From Escherichia coli (GTDB taxonomy: Bacteria > Pseudomonadota > Gammaproteobacteria > Enterobacterales > Enterobacteriaceae), in assembly GCF_003018255.1 (NCBI RefSeq), contig NZ_CP027440.1: a stretch of 64,000 nt of DNA; one strand, written 5' to 3'. Every line of letters starts with the position of its first letter. Position 1 is the first letter of the stretch. Positions 14,696 through 26,885 of the stretch are shown piece after piece. The notes under the pieces were generated by a model. The model worked only from the letters and a program-made list of their open reading frames with translations. It was not told where the DNA came from and searched no databases. A program made the translations under genes and the position numbers.

Positions 14696-15343
14696 ATGGC
14701 ACGAAAAACCAAACAAGAAGCGCAAGAAACGCGCCAACACATCCTCGATGTGGCTCTACGTCTTTTCTCACAGCAGGGGGTATCATCCACCTCGCTGGGC
14801 GAGATTGCAAAAGCAGCTGGCGTTACGCGCGGTGCAATCTACTGGCATTTTAAAGACAAGTCGGATTTGTTCAGTGAGATCTGGGAACTGTCAGAATCCA
14901 ATATTGGTGAACTCGAGCTTGAGTATCAGGCAAAATTCCCTGGCGATCCACTCTCAGTATTAAGAGAGATATTAATTCATGTTCTTGAATCCACGGTGAC
15001 AGAAGAACGGCGTCGATTATTGATGGAGATTATATTCCACAAATGCGAATTTGTCGGAGAAATGGCTGTTGTGCAACAGGCACAACGTAATCTCTGTCTG
15101 GAAAGTTATGACCGTATAGAACAAACGTTAAAACATTGTATTGAAGCGAAAATGTTGCCTGCGGATTTAATGACGCGTCGGGCAGCAATTATTATGCGCG
15201 GCTATATTTCCGGCCTGATGGAAAACTGGCTCTTTGCCCCGCAATCTTTTGATCTTAAAAAAGAAGCCCGCGATTACGTCGCCATCTTACTGGAGATGTA
15301 TCTCCTGTGTCCCACGCTTCGTAACCCTTCCATTACCGAATAA
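14696..15343 (+). CDS. acrR: TetR-family repressor AcrR (215 aa)
   Basis: N-terminal TetR HTH ([20 protein letters not shown]); divergent from acrAB. Confidence 0.95.
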   Translation: MARKTKQEAQETRQHILDVALRLFSQQGVSSTSLGEIAKAAGVTRGAIYWHFKDKSDLFSEIWELSESNIGELELEYQAKFPGDPLSVLREILIHVLESTVTEERRRLLMEIIFHKCEFVGEMAVVQQAQRNLCLESYDRIEQTLKHCIEAKMLPADLMTRRAAIIMRGYISGLMENWLFAPQSFDLKKEARDYVAILLEMYLLCPTLRNPSITE

Positions 15344-15470
15344 CCCTGAATCTGACTCCAGGATTTTTCCTGGACATTTTCGTCGTTGCTATTCTGGTTC
15401 ACTGCGTCGTGATATTCTTGCGGTTTGACTTTTTCAGGTCGTTCTTCAGGTTCAGAAACCTTCATTCATC

Positions 15471-18400
15471 ATGACTATGTTCCAGTATTACAAACGATCA
15501 CGGCATTTTGTTTTTTCAGCATTTATTGCTTTTGTTTTTGTCTTGTTATGCCAGAACACGGCGTTTGCGCGGGCGTCATCGAATGGTGATCTGCCGACAA
15601 AAGCGGACCTGCAGGCACAACTTGACTCACTGAATAAACAAAAAGATCTTTCTGCTCAGGACAAACTGGTGCAGCAGGATCTGACAGATACATTAGCTAC
15701 CCTCGATAAAATCGATCGCGTAAAAGAAGAGACAGTTCAGCTACGGCAAAAGGTTGCTGAAGCGCCGGAAAAAATGCGCCAGGCGACCGCGGCGTTAACT
15801 GCACTTAGCGATGTCGATAATGACGAAGAAACGCGCAAAATTCTGAGTACGCTTTCGTTGCGCCAGCTGGAAACTCGCGTTGCCCAGGCGCTGGACGATT
15901 TGCAAAACGCACAAAACGATCTGGCGTCTTATAACAGCCAGCTGGTTTCGTTACAGACGCAGCCCGAACGCGTGCAAAATGCGATGTATAACGCTTCGCA
16001 GCAGCTGCAACAAATTCGCAGTCGTCTGGATGGGACTGATGTCGGCGAGACTGCCTTACGTCCCAGCCAGAAAGTGTTAATGCAGGCTCAGCAGGCGTTG
16101 CTGAATGCCGAGATTGACCAGCAGCGTAAAAGCCTGGAAGGGAACACAGTCTTACAGGATACCTTGCAAAAGCAACGGGATTACGTGACGGCGAACAGCG
16201 CCCGTCTGGAGCACCAGTTGCAGCTGTTGCAAGAAGCAGTAAACAGCAAGCGTCTGACTTTAACCGAAAAAACGGCGCAGGAAGCCGTCTCCCCGGATGA
16301 AGCCGCGCGTATTCAGGCTAATCCGCTGGTGAAGCAGGAACTGGAAATTAACCAGCAGTTAAGTCAGCGTCTGATTACCGCGACTGAAAACGGTAATCAG
16401 TTGATGCAGCAAAACATTAAAGTCAAAAACTGGCTGGAGCGGGCGCTGCAATCGGAACGCAATATTAAAGAGCAGATTGCCGTCCTGAAGGGCAGCTTGC
16501 TGTTGTCTCGTATCCTTTACCAGCAACAACAAACGCTGCCCTCGGCGGATGAACTGGAAAACATGACCAACCGCATCGCGGATTTGCGTCTCGAACAGTT
16601 TGAAGTTAACCAGCAGCGTGATGCACTCTTCCAGAGCGATGCGTTCGTCAACAAACTGGAAGAAGGTCACACCAACGAAGTCAACAGCGAAGTTCACGAT
16701 GCATTATTGCAAGTGGTTGATATGCGTCGCGAATTGCTGGATCAGCTTAACAAACAGTTGGGTAACCAATTGATGATGGCCATTAACCTGCAAATCAACC
16801 AGCAGCAGTTAATGAGTGTGTCGAAAAACCTGAAATCCATCCTGACTCAGCAAATCTTTTGGGTGAACAGTAACCGTCCAATGGACTGGGACTGGATCAA
16901 AGCGTTCCCGCAAAGCCTGAAAGATGAATTTAAGTCGATGAAAATCACGGTGAACTGGGAAAAAGCCTGGCCTGCCGTTTTTATCGCTTTCCTCGCCGGT
17001 TTGCCGCTGCTGTTGATTGCCGGGCTGATCCACTGGCGTCTGGGCTGGCTGAAAGCGTATCAACAAAAACTGGCTTCCGCTGTGGGTTCCCTGCGTAACG
17101 ACAGCCAGCTCAACACACCAAAAGCGATCCTTATCGACCTGATCCGTGCGCTGCCGGTGTGCCTGATTATTCTCGCGGTTGGCCTGATTCTGTTGACCAT
17201 GCAGCTCAACATCAGCGAACTGCTATGGTCGTTCAGTAAAAAACTGGCGATTTTCTGGCTGGTGTTTGGCCTGTGCTGGAAGGTACTGGAGAAAAACGGC
17301 GTTGCCGTGCGTCACTTTGGTATGCCGGAACAGCAGACCAGCCACTGGCGTCGGCAAATTGTCCGCATCAGTCTCGCGTTGCTGCCTATCCATTTCTGGT
17401 CTGTGGTGGCAGAACTTTCCCCGCTGCATCTGATGGATGATGTGCTGGGGCAGGCGATGATTTTCTTCAACTTGCTGCTGATTGCCTTCCTGGTGTGGCC
17501 GATGTGCCGCGAAAGCTGGCGTGATAAAGAGTCGCACACCATGCGACTGGTCACCATTACCGTACTGTCGATTATCCCGATTGCGTTGATGGTGCTGACT
17601 GCCACGGGTTATTTCTACACCACGCTGCGCCTCTCCGGGCGTTGGATTGAAACCGTTTATTTGGTGATCATCTGGAACCTGCTGTACCAGACGGTATTGC
17701 GCGGCTTAAGCGTAGCGGCGCGGCGTATCGCCTGGCGTCGTGCGCTGGCGCGTCGGCAGAATCTGGTGAAAGAGGGCGCAGAAGGTGCTGAACCGCCGGA
17801 AGAACCCACCATTGCACTGGAGCAGGTTAACCAGCAGACGCTGCGTATTACCATGTTGCTGATGTTTGCGCTGTTCGGTGTCATGTTCTGGGCAATTTGG
17901 TCCGATTTGATCACCGTGTTCAGCTATCTGGACAGCATCACGCTCTGGCATTACAACGGCACTGAAGCTGGCGCTGCGGTGGTGAAAAACGTCACCATGG
18001 GCAGTCTGTTGTTTGCGATTATCGCCTCAATGGTGGCCTGGGCGTTGATTCGCAACCTGCCTGGTTTACTGGAAGTGCTGGTGCTCTCGCGACTGAATAT
18101 GCGCCAGGGCGCGTCGTATGCCATTACTACCATCCTTAACTACATCATTATTGCCGTTGGTGCGATGACGGTGTTCGGATCGCTGGGCGTCTCGTGGGAT
18201 AAACTCCAGTGGCTGGCGGCAGCATTATCCGTAGGTCTTGGTTTTGGTTTACAAGAGATCTTCGGTAACTTCGTTTCCGGTTTGATCATTCTGTTCGAAC
18301 GTCCGGTGCGCATAGGCGACACGGTAACCATTGGTAGCTTCTCGGGTACGGTCAGCAAGATCCGTATTCGTGCGACAACGATTACCGATTTCGATCGCAA

Positions 18401-18833
18401 AGAAGTGATTATCCCGAACAAAGCGTTTGTTACCGAGCGTCTGATCAACTGGTCGTTGACTGACACGACTACGCGTCTGGTGATCCGTCTCGGCGTAGCT
18501 TATGGCTCCGATCTGGAAAAAGTGCGTAAAGTGTTGCTGAAGGCGGCGACTGAGCACCCAAGGGTGATGCACGAACCAATGCCGGAAGTCTTCTTTACGG
18601 CATTTGGTGCCAGCACGTTGGATCATGAGCTGCGTCTGTATGTGCGTGAACTGCGTGACCGTAGCCGTACTGTCGATGAGCTGAACCGTACTATCGATCA
18701 GCTGTGCCGTGAAAACGACATCAACATTGCCTTTAACCAGCTTGAAGTGCATCTGCACAACGAGAAGGGCGATGAGGTGACGGAAGTCAAACGCGACTAC
18801 AAAGGCGACGATCCGACGCCAGCGGTAGGGTAA
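15471..18833 (+). CDS. mscK: Potassium-dependent mechanosensitive channel MscK (KefA), 1120 aa
   Basis: Signal peptide, long periplasmic coiled-coil domain, multiple TMs, C-terminal MscS-like domain. Confidence 0.95.
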   Translation: MTMFQYYKRSRHFVFSAFIAFVFVLLCQNTAFARASSNGDLPTKADLQAQLDSLNKQKDLSAQDKLVQQDLTDTLATLDKIDRVKEETVQLRQKVAEAPEKMRQATAALTALSDVDNDEETRKILSTLSLRQLETRVAQALDDLQNAQNDLASYNSQLVSLQTQPERVQNAMYNASQQLQQIRSRLDGTDVGETALRPSQKVLMQAQQALLNAEIDQQRKSLEGNTVLQDTLQKQRDYVTANSARLEHQLQLLQEAVNSKRLTLTEKTAQEAVSPDEAARIQANPLVKQELEINQQLSQRLITATENGNQLMQQNIKVKNWLERALQSERNIKEQIAVLKGSLLLSRILYQQQQTLPSADELENMTNRIADLRLEQFEVNQQRDALFQSDAFVNKLEEGHTNEVNSEVHDALLQVVDMRRELLDQLNKQLGNQLMMAINLQINQQQLMSVSKNLKSILTQQIFWVNSNRPMDWDWIKAFPQSLKDEFKSMKITVNWEKAWPAVFIAFLAGLPLLLIAGLIHWRLGWLKAYQQKLASAVGSLRNDSQLNTPKAILIDLIRALPVCLIILAVGLILLTMQLNISELLWSFSKKLAIFWLVFGLCWKVLEKNGVAVRHFGMPEQQTSHWRRQIVRISLALLPIHFWSVVAELSPLHLMDDVLGQAMIFFNLLLIAFLVWPMCRESWRDKESHTMRLVTITVLSIIPIALMVLTATGYFYTTLRLSGRWIETVYLVIIWNLLYQTVLRGLSVAARRIAWRRALARRQNLVKEGAEGAEPPEEPTIALEQVNQQTLRITMLLMFALFGVMFWAIWSDLITVFSYLDSITLWHYNGTEAGAAVVKNVTMGSLLFAIIASMVAWALIRNLPGLLEVLVLSRLNMRQGASYAITTILNYIIIAVGAMTVFGSLGVSWDKLQWLAAALSVGLGFGLQEIFGNFVSGLIILFERPVRIGDTVTIGSFSGTVSKIRIRATTITDFDRKEVIIPNKAFVTERLINWSLTDTTTRLVIRLGVAYGSDLEKVRKVLLKAATEHPRVMHEPMPEVFFTAFGASTLDHELRLYVRELRDRSRTVDELNRTIDQLCRENDINIAFNQLEVHLHNEKGDEVTEVKRDYKGDDPTPAVG

Positions 18834-18893
18834 TAACCAAAGGGGGCGACATTTAGTTGCCCCGAGATTACTAACAAAGTGCGCGTTGTTCAT

Positions 18894-18990
18894 GCCGGAT
18901 GCGGCGTGACCGCCTTATCCGGCCTACGAAACCGCAAGAATTCAATATATTGCAGGAGCGGTGTAGGCCTGATAAGCGTAGCGCATCAGG
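18894..18990. repeat. REP/BIME element (two inverted REP copies)
   Basis: GCCGGATGCGGCGTGACCGCCTTATCCGGCCTACG and the inverted GTAGGCCTGATAAGCGTAGCGCATCAGGC. Confidence 0.8.
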
Positions 18991-19044
18991 CAGTTTTGCG
19001 TTTGCCCACAATCTTAGGGGACATTTAGCGACCCCATTTATTTC

Positions 19045-19206
19045 TCACTTTTCCGCCTCATCATCGCGCGTTAATTTCTTTTCATAATCGCGTTTTACAA
19101 TATCCAGCGCGCGCAGTACGGTGCGGGCTGGGATCTGATTTTCTTCCAGCAGCACAATCAAATCGACGGCCAGTTTGACATCGTCAGGGGCATTTTCCAG
19201 TGACAT
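19045..19206 (-). CDS. ybaM: Small protein YbaM (53 aa), below the ORF-track length cut-off
   Basis: Translation of the minus strand gives [53 protein letters not shown], then TGA; sits directly downstream of priC. Confidence 0.7.
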   Translation of the reverse strand: MSLENAPDDVKLAVDLIVLLEENQIPARTVLRALDIVKRDYEKKLTRDDEAEK

Positions 19207-19219
19207 ACTCTCTCCATTG

Positions 19220-19747
19220 CTAGCGGGTTAAACGCGCTAACCTGTTTTCGATTTTTTCCAGCGCATGGCGGCAGCGTGCCAGGCGCGCTTCATAGGCTTC
19301 CACTTCACGATGCAGCGTTTGCTGTTCCACGAGATCGGTCACCCGCGCCAGGCGGGCTCGACGTTCAGCAACCATCTCACTTAGCCGCCGCTCAAAATCC
19401 TGATGCTGAATACGTTTACGCTGCCAGCGGGCAATTTTCGGTGGCGCACTGTCCCACTCGCGTAGCGACCAGGCTGTGGCTTCACGCGCTATAGCCTCCA
19501 GTTGCGCCGCCAGATGTTCCGCCAGCCAGGCGACTTGCGGCAGCTGTTGCTGCTCAACCGCATGACGAAGCGCAGCCAGATTATCGCCCGCCTCATCGAG
19601 ACAAGCCTGCAGTGTTGTCGCACGAGTCTGAAAAAGATGCCTGTCAAAACGGGCGCTTAGCGTGGCAAATTGCGCTACCGGGGCACAACGCTGACGCAGC
19701 GTAGCGAGCTGTCCTTCCAGTTTTTCCAGCAGCAGGGCGGTTTTCAC
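19220..19747 (-). CDS. priC: Primosomal replication protein N'' (PriC), 175 aa
   Basis: Full [30 protein letters not shown]...; Arg-rich. Confidence 0.92.
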   Translation of the reverse strand: MKTALLLEKLEGQLATLRQRCAPVAQFATLSARFDRHLFQTRATTLQACLDEAGDNLAALRHAVEQQQLPQVAWLAEHLAAQLEAIAREATAWSLREWDSAPPKIARWQRKRIQHQDFERRLSEMVAERRARLARVTDLVEQQTLHREVEAYEARLARCRHALEKIENRLARLTR

Positions 19748-19816
19748 GATAAGACCTCAATGAAAATGATAATTGTTATGCTAAAGTAGCAACTCTGTAA
19801 GCTGACAACACTCAAT

Positions 19817-20194
19817 ATGCAACGAATCATTTTAATCATCATTGGCTGGCTGGCGGTAGTGCTGGGTACGCTGGGCGTGGTATTACCGGTATTACCGACG
19901 ACGCCGTTTATCCTGCTGGCGGCCTGGTGCTTTGCCCGTTCTTCCCCGCGCTTTCACGCCTGGTTGCTGTACCGCTCATGGTTTGGCAGCTATCTACGTT
20001 TCTGGCAGAAACATCATGCGATGCCGCGCGGCGTCAAACCGCGGGCGATTTTGCTTATTTTGCTCACGTTTGCCATTTCTCTGTGGTTCGTCCAGATGCC
20101 ATGGGTGCGCATCATGTTGCTGGTAATTCTCGCCTGTTTGCTTTTTTATATGTGGCGAATTCCAGTGATTGATGAAAAGCAAGAAAAGCACTGA
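19817..20194 (+). CDS. ybaN: Inner membrane protein YbaN (DUF454), 125 aa
   Basis: Full ORF with predicted TM helices. Confidence 0.88.
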
Positions 20195-20346
20195 AGCACA
20201 ACAATCGCAGTTGCAATTATTGCGTACAGCCAGTACATTCTGGCGTTTTCGAGCACAGGCGCAGGCGGTCAAAGGTTAAACAACTGTTACTTTTGATACG
20301 TTTAAAACGCGCCGTGAGTACCACCGTAACAAGCAGGCATACACTT

Positions 20347-20898
20347 ATGACCGCGACTGCACAGCAGCTTGAGTATCTCAAAAATAGCATCAAAAGCATT
20401 CAGGACTACCCAAAACCCGGCATTCTTTTCCGCGATGTCACCAGCTTACTGGAAGACCCGAAAGCTTACGCTCTCAGCATCGACTTGCTGGTTGAGCGTT
20501 ACAAAAATGCGGGCATTACCAAAGTGGTCGGCACCGAAGCGCGTGGCTTCTTGTTTGGCGCTCCGGTAGCTCTGGGTCTGGGCGTTGGCTTTGTACCGGT
20601 CCGTAAACCGGGCAAACTGCCGCGTGAAACCATCAGTGAAACTTACGACCTGGAATACGGCACCGATCAGCTGGAAATCCACGTTGATGCCATCAAACCG
20701 GGCGACAAAGTTCTGGTGGTGGACGATTTGCTGGCAACCGGCGGCACTATCGAAGCGACCGTTAAACTGATCCGTCGTCTGGGTGGTGAAGTAGCTGACG
20801 CTGCGTTCATTATCAACCTGTTCGATCTTGGCGGCGAACAGCGTCTCGAAAAACAGGGCATTACCAGCTACAGCCTTGTCCCGTTCCCGGGCCATTAA
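20347..20898 (+). CDS. apt: Adenine phosphoribosyltransferase (183 aa)
   Basis: Internal Met of ORF 20293..20898 ([32 protein letters not shown]); PRPP-binding motif [13 protein letters not shown]. Confidence 0.95.
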
Positions 20899-21026
20899 TT
20901 ATCGTCAGTCTTGCGCTGCTCACGCTACGGGCAGCACAAGATGTGCATTCAGCCTCGCCGTTCTGACGGGGCTGTGTTAGCATTACCCCTTCGTGAATCC
21001 ACCTTCCAGCGTTTCAGAGCCTGCCA

Positions 21027-22958
21027 ATGAGTTATCAGGTCTTAGCCCGAAAATGGCGCCCACAAACCTTTGCTGACGTCGTCGGCCAGGAACATGTGCT
21101 GACCGCACTGGCGAACGGCTTGTCGTTAGGGCGTATTCATCATGCTTATCTTTTTTCCGGCACCCGTGGCGTCGGAAAAACCTCTATCGCCCGACTGCTG
21201 GCGAAGGGGCTAAACTGCGAAACCGGCATTACCGCGACGCCGTGCGGCGTGTGCGATAACTGTCGTGAAATCGAGCAGGGGCGCTTTGTCGATCTGATTG
21301 AAATCGACGCCGCCTCGCGCACTAAAGTTGAAGACACTCGCGACCTGCTGGATAACGTCCAGTACGCTCCGGCGCGTGGTCGTTTCAAAGTTTATCTCAT
21401 CGACGAAGTGCATATGCTGTCGCGTCACAGCTTTAACGCACTGTTAAAAACCCTTGAAGAGCCGCCAGAGCACGTTAAGTTTTTGCTGGCGACGACCGAT
21501 CCGCAGAAATTGCCGGTGACGATTTTGTCACGCTGTCTGCAATTTCATCTCAAGGCGCTGGATGTCGAGCAAATTCGCCATCAGCTTGAGCACATCCTCA
21601 ACGAAGAACATATCGCTCACGAGCCGCGGGCGCTGCAATTGTTGGCACGCGCCGCTGAAGGCAGCCTGCGAGATGCCTTAAGTCTGACCGACCAGGCGAT
21701 TGCCAGCGGTGACGGCCAGGTTTCAACCCAGGCGGTCAGTGCGATGCTGGGTACGCTTGACGACGATCAGGCGTTATCGCTGGTTGAAGCGATGGTCGAG
21801 GCCAACGGCGAGCGCGTAATGGCGCTGATTAATGAAGCTGCTGCCCGTGGTATCGAGTGGGAAGCGTTGCTGGTGGAAATGCTCGGTCTGTTGCATCGTA
21901 TTGCGATGGTACAACTTTCGCCTGCTGCTCTTGGCAACGACATGGCCGCCATTGAGCTGCGGATGCGTGAACTGGCGCGCACCATACCGCCGACGGATAT
22001 TCAGCTTTACTATCAGACGCTGTTGATTGGTCGCAAAGAATTACCGTATGCGCCAGACCGCCGTATGGGTGTTGAGATGACGCTGCTGCGCGCGCTGGCG
22101 TTCCATCCGCGTATGCCGCTGCCTGAGCCAGAAGTGCCACGCCAGTCCTTTGCGCCCGTCGCGCCAACGGCAGTAATGACGCCAACACAGGTGCCGCCGC
22201 AACCGCAATCAGCGCCGCAGCAGGCACCGACTGTACCGCTCCCGGAAACCACCAGCCAGGTGCTGGCGGCGCGCCAGCAGTTGCAGCGCGTGCAGGGAGC
22301 AACCAAAGCAAAAAAGAGTGAACCGGCAGCCGCTACCCGCGCGCGGCCGGTGAATAACGCTGCGCTGGAAAGACTGGCTTCGGTCACCGATCGTGTTCAG
22401 GCGCGCCCGGTGCCATCGGCGCTGGAAAAAGCGCCAGCTAAAAAAGAAGCGTATCGCTGGAAGGCGACCACTCCAGTGATGCAGCAAAAAGAAGTGGTCG
22501 CCACGCCGAAGGCGCTGAAAAAAGCGCTGGAACATGAAAAAACGCCGGAACTGGCGGCGAAGCTGGCGGCAGAAGCCATTGAGCGCGACCCGTGGGCGGC
22601 TCAGGTGAGTCAACTTTCGCTACCAAAACTGGTCGAACAGGTGGCGTTAAATGCCTGGAAAGAGGAGAACGGCAACACGGTGTGTCTGCATTTGCGCTCC
22701 TCTCAGCGTCATCTGAATAACAGTGGCGCACAGCAAAAACTGGCTGAAGCGTTGAGCACGTTAAAAGGTTCAACGGTTGAACTGACTATCGTTGAAGATG
22801 ATAATCCCGCGGTGCGTACGCCGCTGGAATGGCGTCAGGCGATATACGAAGAAAAACTTGCGCAGGCGCGCGAGTCCATTATTGCGGATAATAATATTCA
22901 GACCCTGCGTCGGTTCTTCGATGCGGAGCTGGATGAAGAAAGTATCCGCCCCATTTGA
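21027..22958 (+). CDS. dnaX: DNA polymerase III subunits tau/gamma (643 aa tau)
   Basis: AAA+ Walker A GTRGVGKTS; full length 643 aa. Confidence 0.97.
   Translation: MSYQVLARKWRPQTFADVVGQEHVLTALANGLSLGRIHHAYLFSGTRGVGKTSIARLLAKGLNCETGITATPCGVCDNCREIEQGRFVDLIEIDAASRTKVEDTRDLLDNVQYAPARGRFKVYLIDEVHMLSRHSFNALLKTLEEPPEHVKFLLATTDPQKLPVTILSRCLQFHLKALDVEQIRHQLEHILNEEHIAHEPRALQLLARAAEGSLRDALSLTDQAIASGDGQVSTQAVSAMLGTLDDDQALSLVEAMVEANGERVMALINEAAARGIEWEALLVEMLGLLHRIAMVQLSPAALGNDMAAIELRMRELARTIPPTDIQLYYQTLLIGRKELPYAPDRRMGVEMTLLRALAFHPRMPLPEPEVPRQSFAPVAPTAVMTPTQVPPQPQSAPQQAPTVPLPETTSQVLAARQQLQRVQGATKAKKSEPAAATRARPVNNAALERLASVTDRVQARPVPSALEKAPAKKEAYRWKATTPVMQQKEVVATPKALKKALEHEKTPELAAKLAAEAIERDPWAAQVSQLSLPKLVEQVALNAWKEENGNTVCLHLRSSQRHLNNSGAQQKLAEALSTLKGSTVELTIVEDDNPAVRTPLEWRQAIYEEKLAQARESIIADNNIQTLRRFFDAELDEESIRPI
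22309..22351 (+). other. dnaX programmed -1 ribosomal frameshift signal (A AAA AAG slippery heptamer plus downstream stem-loop) that produces the gamma subunit
   Basis: AAAAAAG at 22309-22315; in the -1 frame GAG TGA follows immediately; GC-rich hairpin CCGGCAGCCGCTACCCGCGCGCGGCCGG lies downstream. Confidence 0.9.
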
Positions 22959-22995
22959 TCGTAAGCACAGCTTACGTTCGTCATCCTTAACGTGA

Positions 22996-23339
<344 letters not shown>

Positions 23340-23340
<1 letters not shown>

Positions 23341-23945
23341 TGCAAACCAGCCCGCTGTTAACACAGCTTATGGAAGCACTGCGCTGTCTGCCGGGCGTTG
23401 GCCCGAAGTCGGCGCAGCGTATGGCGTTCACGCTGCTTCAGCGCGATCGTAGCGGCGGGATGCGTCTGGCGCAGGCGCTCACCCGGGCGATGTCGGAAAT
23501 CGGCCACTGCGCCGATTGCCGCACCTTCACCGAACAGGAAGTCTGTAACATCTGTTCGAATCCGCGTCGTCAGGAAAACGGTCAAATCTGCGTGGTGGAG
23601 AGTCCGGCGGACATCTACGCCATTGAGCAGACGGGGCAGTTTTCAGGCCGTTATTTTGTGTTGATGGGACACCTGTCACCGCTGGACGGCATCGGTCCGG
23701 ATGATATCGGGCTTGATCGTCTGGAACAGCGTCTGGCAGAGGAAAAAATCACTGAAGTGATCCTCGCCACCAACCCCACGGTTGAAGGTGAAGCTACCGC
23801 TAACTACATTGCCGAGCTTTGCGCGCAATATGACGTGGAAGCCAGCCGAATCGCTCATGGCGTACCGGTTGGCGGCGAACTGGAAATGGTCGATGGCACC
23901 ACGCTGTCACACTCCCTTGCCGGGCGTCATAAGATTCGTTTTTAA
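23340..23945 (+). CDS. recR: Recombination protein RecR (201 aa)
   Basis: C4 zinc finger CxxC...CxxC and Toprim domain; ATG overlaps the ybaB TGA. Confidence 0.95.
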
Positions 23946-23974
23946 GCAAACGAGAGCAGGATCACCTGCTCTCG

Positions 23975-24003
23975 CTTGAAATTATTCCCCCTTGTCCCCA
24001 TCT
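23975..24003 (+). promoter_or_regulatory. Sigma32 heat-shock promoter of htpG (-35 CTTGAAA, -10 CCCCATCT)
   Basis: CTTGAAA, 14-bp spacer, CCCCATCT, about 55 bp upstream of the htpG ATG. Confidence 0.75.
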
Positions 24004-24054
24004 CTCCCTCATCCTGTTTTTAACCTTAAAATGGCATTATTGAGGTAGACCTAC

Positions 24055-25929
24055 ATGAAAGGACAAGAAACTCGTGGTTTTCAGTCAGAAGTGAAGCAGC
24101 TTCTGCACCTGATGATCCATTCTCTCTATTCCAATAAAGAAATCTTCCTGCGTGAGCTTATCTCTAACGCCTCCGATGCGGCGGACAAGCTGCGTTTCCG
24201 CGCGCTCTCTAACCCGGATCTGTACGAAGGTGATGGCGAACTGCGCGTTCGTGTCTCTTTCGATAAAGACAAGCGCACGCTGACCATCTCCGATAACGGC
24301 GTGGGGATGACCCGCGACGAAGTGATTGACCATCTGGGGACTATCGCTAAATCCGGCACCAAATCATTCCTCGAATCCCTGGGTTCTGACCAGGCGAAAG
24401 ACAGCCAGCTGATCGGTCAGTTTGGTGTTGGTTTCTACTCTGCGTTTATCGTGGCCGACAAAGTGACCGTGCGTACTCGCGCGGCAGGCGAAAAACCAGA
24501 AAACGGTGTTTTCTGGGAATCGGCTGGTGAAGGTGAATACACCGTTGCCGACATCACCAAAGAAGATCGTGGTACTGAAATCACCCTGCATCTGCGTGAA
24601 GGCGAAGACGAGTTCCTCGATGACTGGCGCGTGCGTTCCATCATCAGCAAATACTCCGACCATATCGCGCTGCCGGTAGAGATCGAAAAACGCGAAGAGA
24701 AAGATGGCGAAACCGTTATCTCCTGGGAGAAAATCAACAAAGCGCAGGCGCTGTGGACCCGTAACAAGTCGGAAATCACCGATGAAGAGTACAAAGAGTT
24801 CTACAAACACATCGCCCACGACTTTAACGATCCGCTGACCTGGAGCCACAACCGTGTTGAAGGTAAGCAGGAGTACACCAGCCTGCTGTACATTCCGTCC
24901 CAGGCTCCGTGGGATATGTGGAACCGCGATCATAAACATGGCCTGAAACTGTACGTCCAGCGTGTGTTCATCATGGACGACGCAGAACAGTTCATGCCGA
25001 ACTATCTGCGCTTCGTGCGTGGTCTGATTGACTCCAGCGATCTGCCGCTGAACGTTTCCCGTGAAATCCTCCAGGACAGCACGGTAACGCGTAACCTGCG
25101 CAATGCGCTGACCAAGCGTGTGCTGCAAATGCTGGAAAAACTGGCGAAAGACGACGCGGAAAAATACCAGACCTTCTGGCAACAGTTTGGCCTGGTACTG
25201 AAAGAAGGTCCGGCGGAAGATTTCGCTAACCAGGAAGCGATCGCCAAACTGCTGCGTTTTGCTTCTACCCATACCGATTCTTCTGCGCAGACCGTGTCTC
25301 TGGAAGACTACGTTTCCCGCATGAAAGAAGGGCAGGAGAAAATCTACTATATCACCGCAGACAGTTACGCGGCAGCGAAGAGCAGCCCGCACCTGGAACT
25401 GCTGCGTAAGAAAGGCATCGAAGTTCTGCTGCTTTCCGACCGCATCGATGAGTGGATGATGAACTATCTGACTGAGTTCGACGGTAAACCGTTCCAGTCT
25501 GTGTCTAAAGTTGACGAGTCGCTGGAAAAACTGGCTGACGAAGTTGATGAGAGCGCGAAAGAAGCGGAGAAAGCACTGACTCCGTTCATCGACCGTGTGA
25601 AAGCCCTGCTCGGCGAGCGCGTGAAAGATGTCCGTCTGACTCACCGTCTGACCGATACGCCAGCGATCGTTTCGACCGACGCGGACGAAATGAGCACTCA
25701 GATGGCGAAACTGTTCGCTGCGGCGGGCCAGAAAGTGCCAGAAGTGAAATACATCTTCGAACTGAACCCGGATCACGTACTGGTGAAACGTGCGGCGGAT
25801 ACTGAAGATGAAGCGAAGTTCAGCGAGTGGGTAGAACTGCTGCTGGATCAGGCGCTGCTGGCAGAACGCGGTACGCTGGAAGATCCGAACCTGTTTATTC
25901 GTCGTATGAACCAGCTGCTGGTTTCCTGA
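24055..25929 (+). CDS. htpG: Chaperone HtpG (Hsp90), 624 aa
   Basis: Full ORF; GHKL ATPase N-terminal domain. Confidence 0.97.
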   Translation: MKGQETRGFQSEVKQLLHLMIHSLYSNKEIFLRELISNASDAADKLRFRALSNPDLYEGDGELRVRVSFDKDKRTLTISDNGVGMTRDEVIDHLGTIAKSGTKSFLESLGSDQAKDSQLIGQFGVGFYSAFIVADKVTVRTRAAGEKPENGVFWESAGEGEYTVADITKEDRGTEITLHLREGEDEFLDDWRVRSIISKYSDHIALPVEIEKREEKDGETVISWEKINKAQALWTRNKSEITDEEYKEFYKHIAHDFNDPLTWSHNRVEGKQEYTSLLYIPSQAPWDMWNRDHKHGLKLYVQRVFIMDDAEQFMPNYLRFVRGLIDSSDLPLNVSREILQDSTVTRNLRNALTKRVLQMLEKLAKDDAEKYQTFWQQFGLVLKEGPAEDFANQEAIAKLLRFASTHTDSSAQTVSLEDYVSRMKEGQEKIYYITADSYAAAKSSPHLELLRKKGIEVLLLSDRIDEWMMNYLTEFDGKPFQSVSKVDESLEKLADEVDESAKEAEKALTPFIDRVKALLGERVKDVRLTHRLTDTPAIVSTDADEMSTQMAKLFAAAGQKVPEVKYIFELNPDHVLVKRAADTEDEAKFSEWVELLLDQALLAERGTLEDPNLFIRRMNQLLVS

Positions 25930-25933
25930 TGTC

Positions 25934-25974
25934 ATGCCGGATGACCTTCGTGTCATCCGGCATTTTTCTTTTCT
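25934..25974 (+). terminator. Rho-independent terminator of htpG
   Basis: ATGCCGGATGACcttcgtGTCATCCGGCAT followed by TTTTTCTTTT. Confidence 0.85.
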
Positions 25975-26037
25975 TCATCTGCACTTTCCGCAAATTATCT
26001 TGCCATTAACCGTTTCAGCCTCAGGTGCCTTTCTTGA

Positions 26038-26754
<717 letters not shown>

Positions 26755-26885
26755 TCAAGCCGCAGCAGATCTGCTTTCGGGCAGGTCTGCTCATCCTCCT
26801 CAGGCAATACCTCTCACAGCAATTAGTTCTTCTTCTTCACTTTTCCGCTACAATTATCAACAAGTTGAATCGATAAGAGGCGGTA

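Noticed and set aside
15274-15465. 63-aa minus-strand ORF between acrR and mscK
   Set aside because: No RBS, overlaps the acrR 3' end and the mscK promoter region; likely spurious.
21829-22773. Several overlapping minus-strand ORFs (111-160 aa) antisense to the 3' half of dnaX
   Set aside because: Artefacts of the Pro/Ala/Gln-rich tau linker region; low-complexity translations.
24364-25956. 530-aa ORF antisense to htpG
   Set aside because: Lies entirely within the highly conserved htpG coding region; Arg/Gln/Val-rich low-complexity translation typical of antisense frames in GC-rich genes; no RBS.
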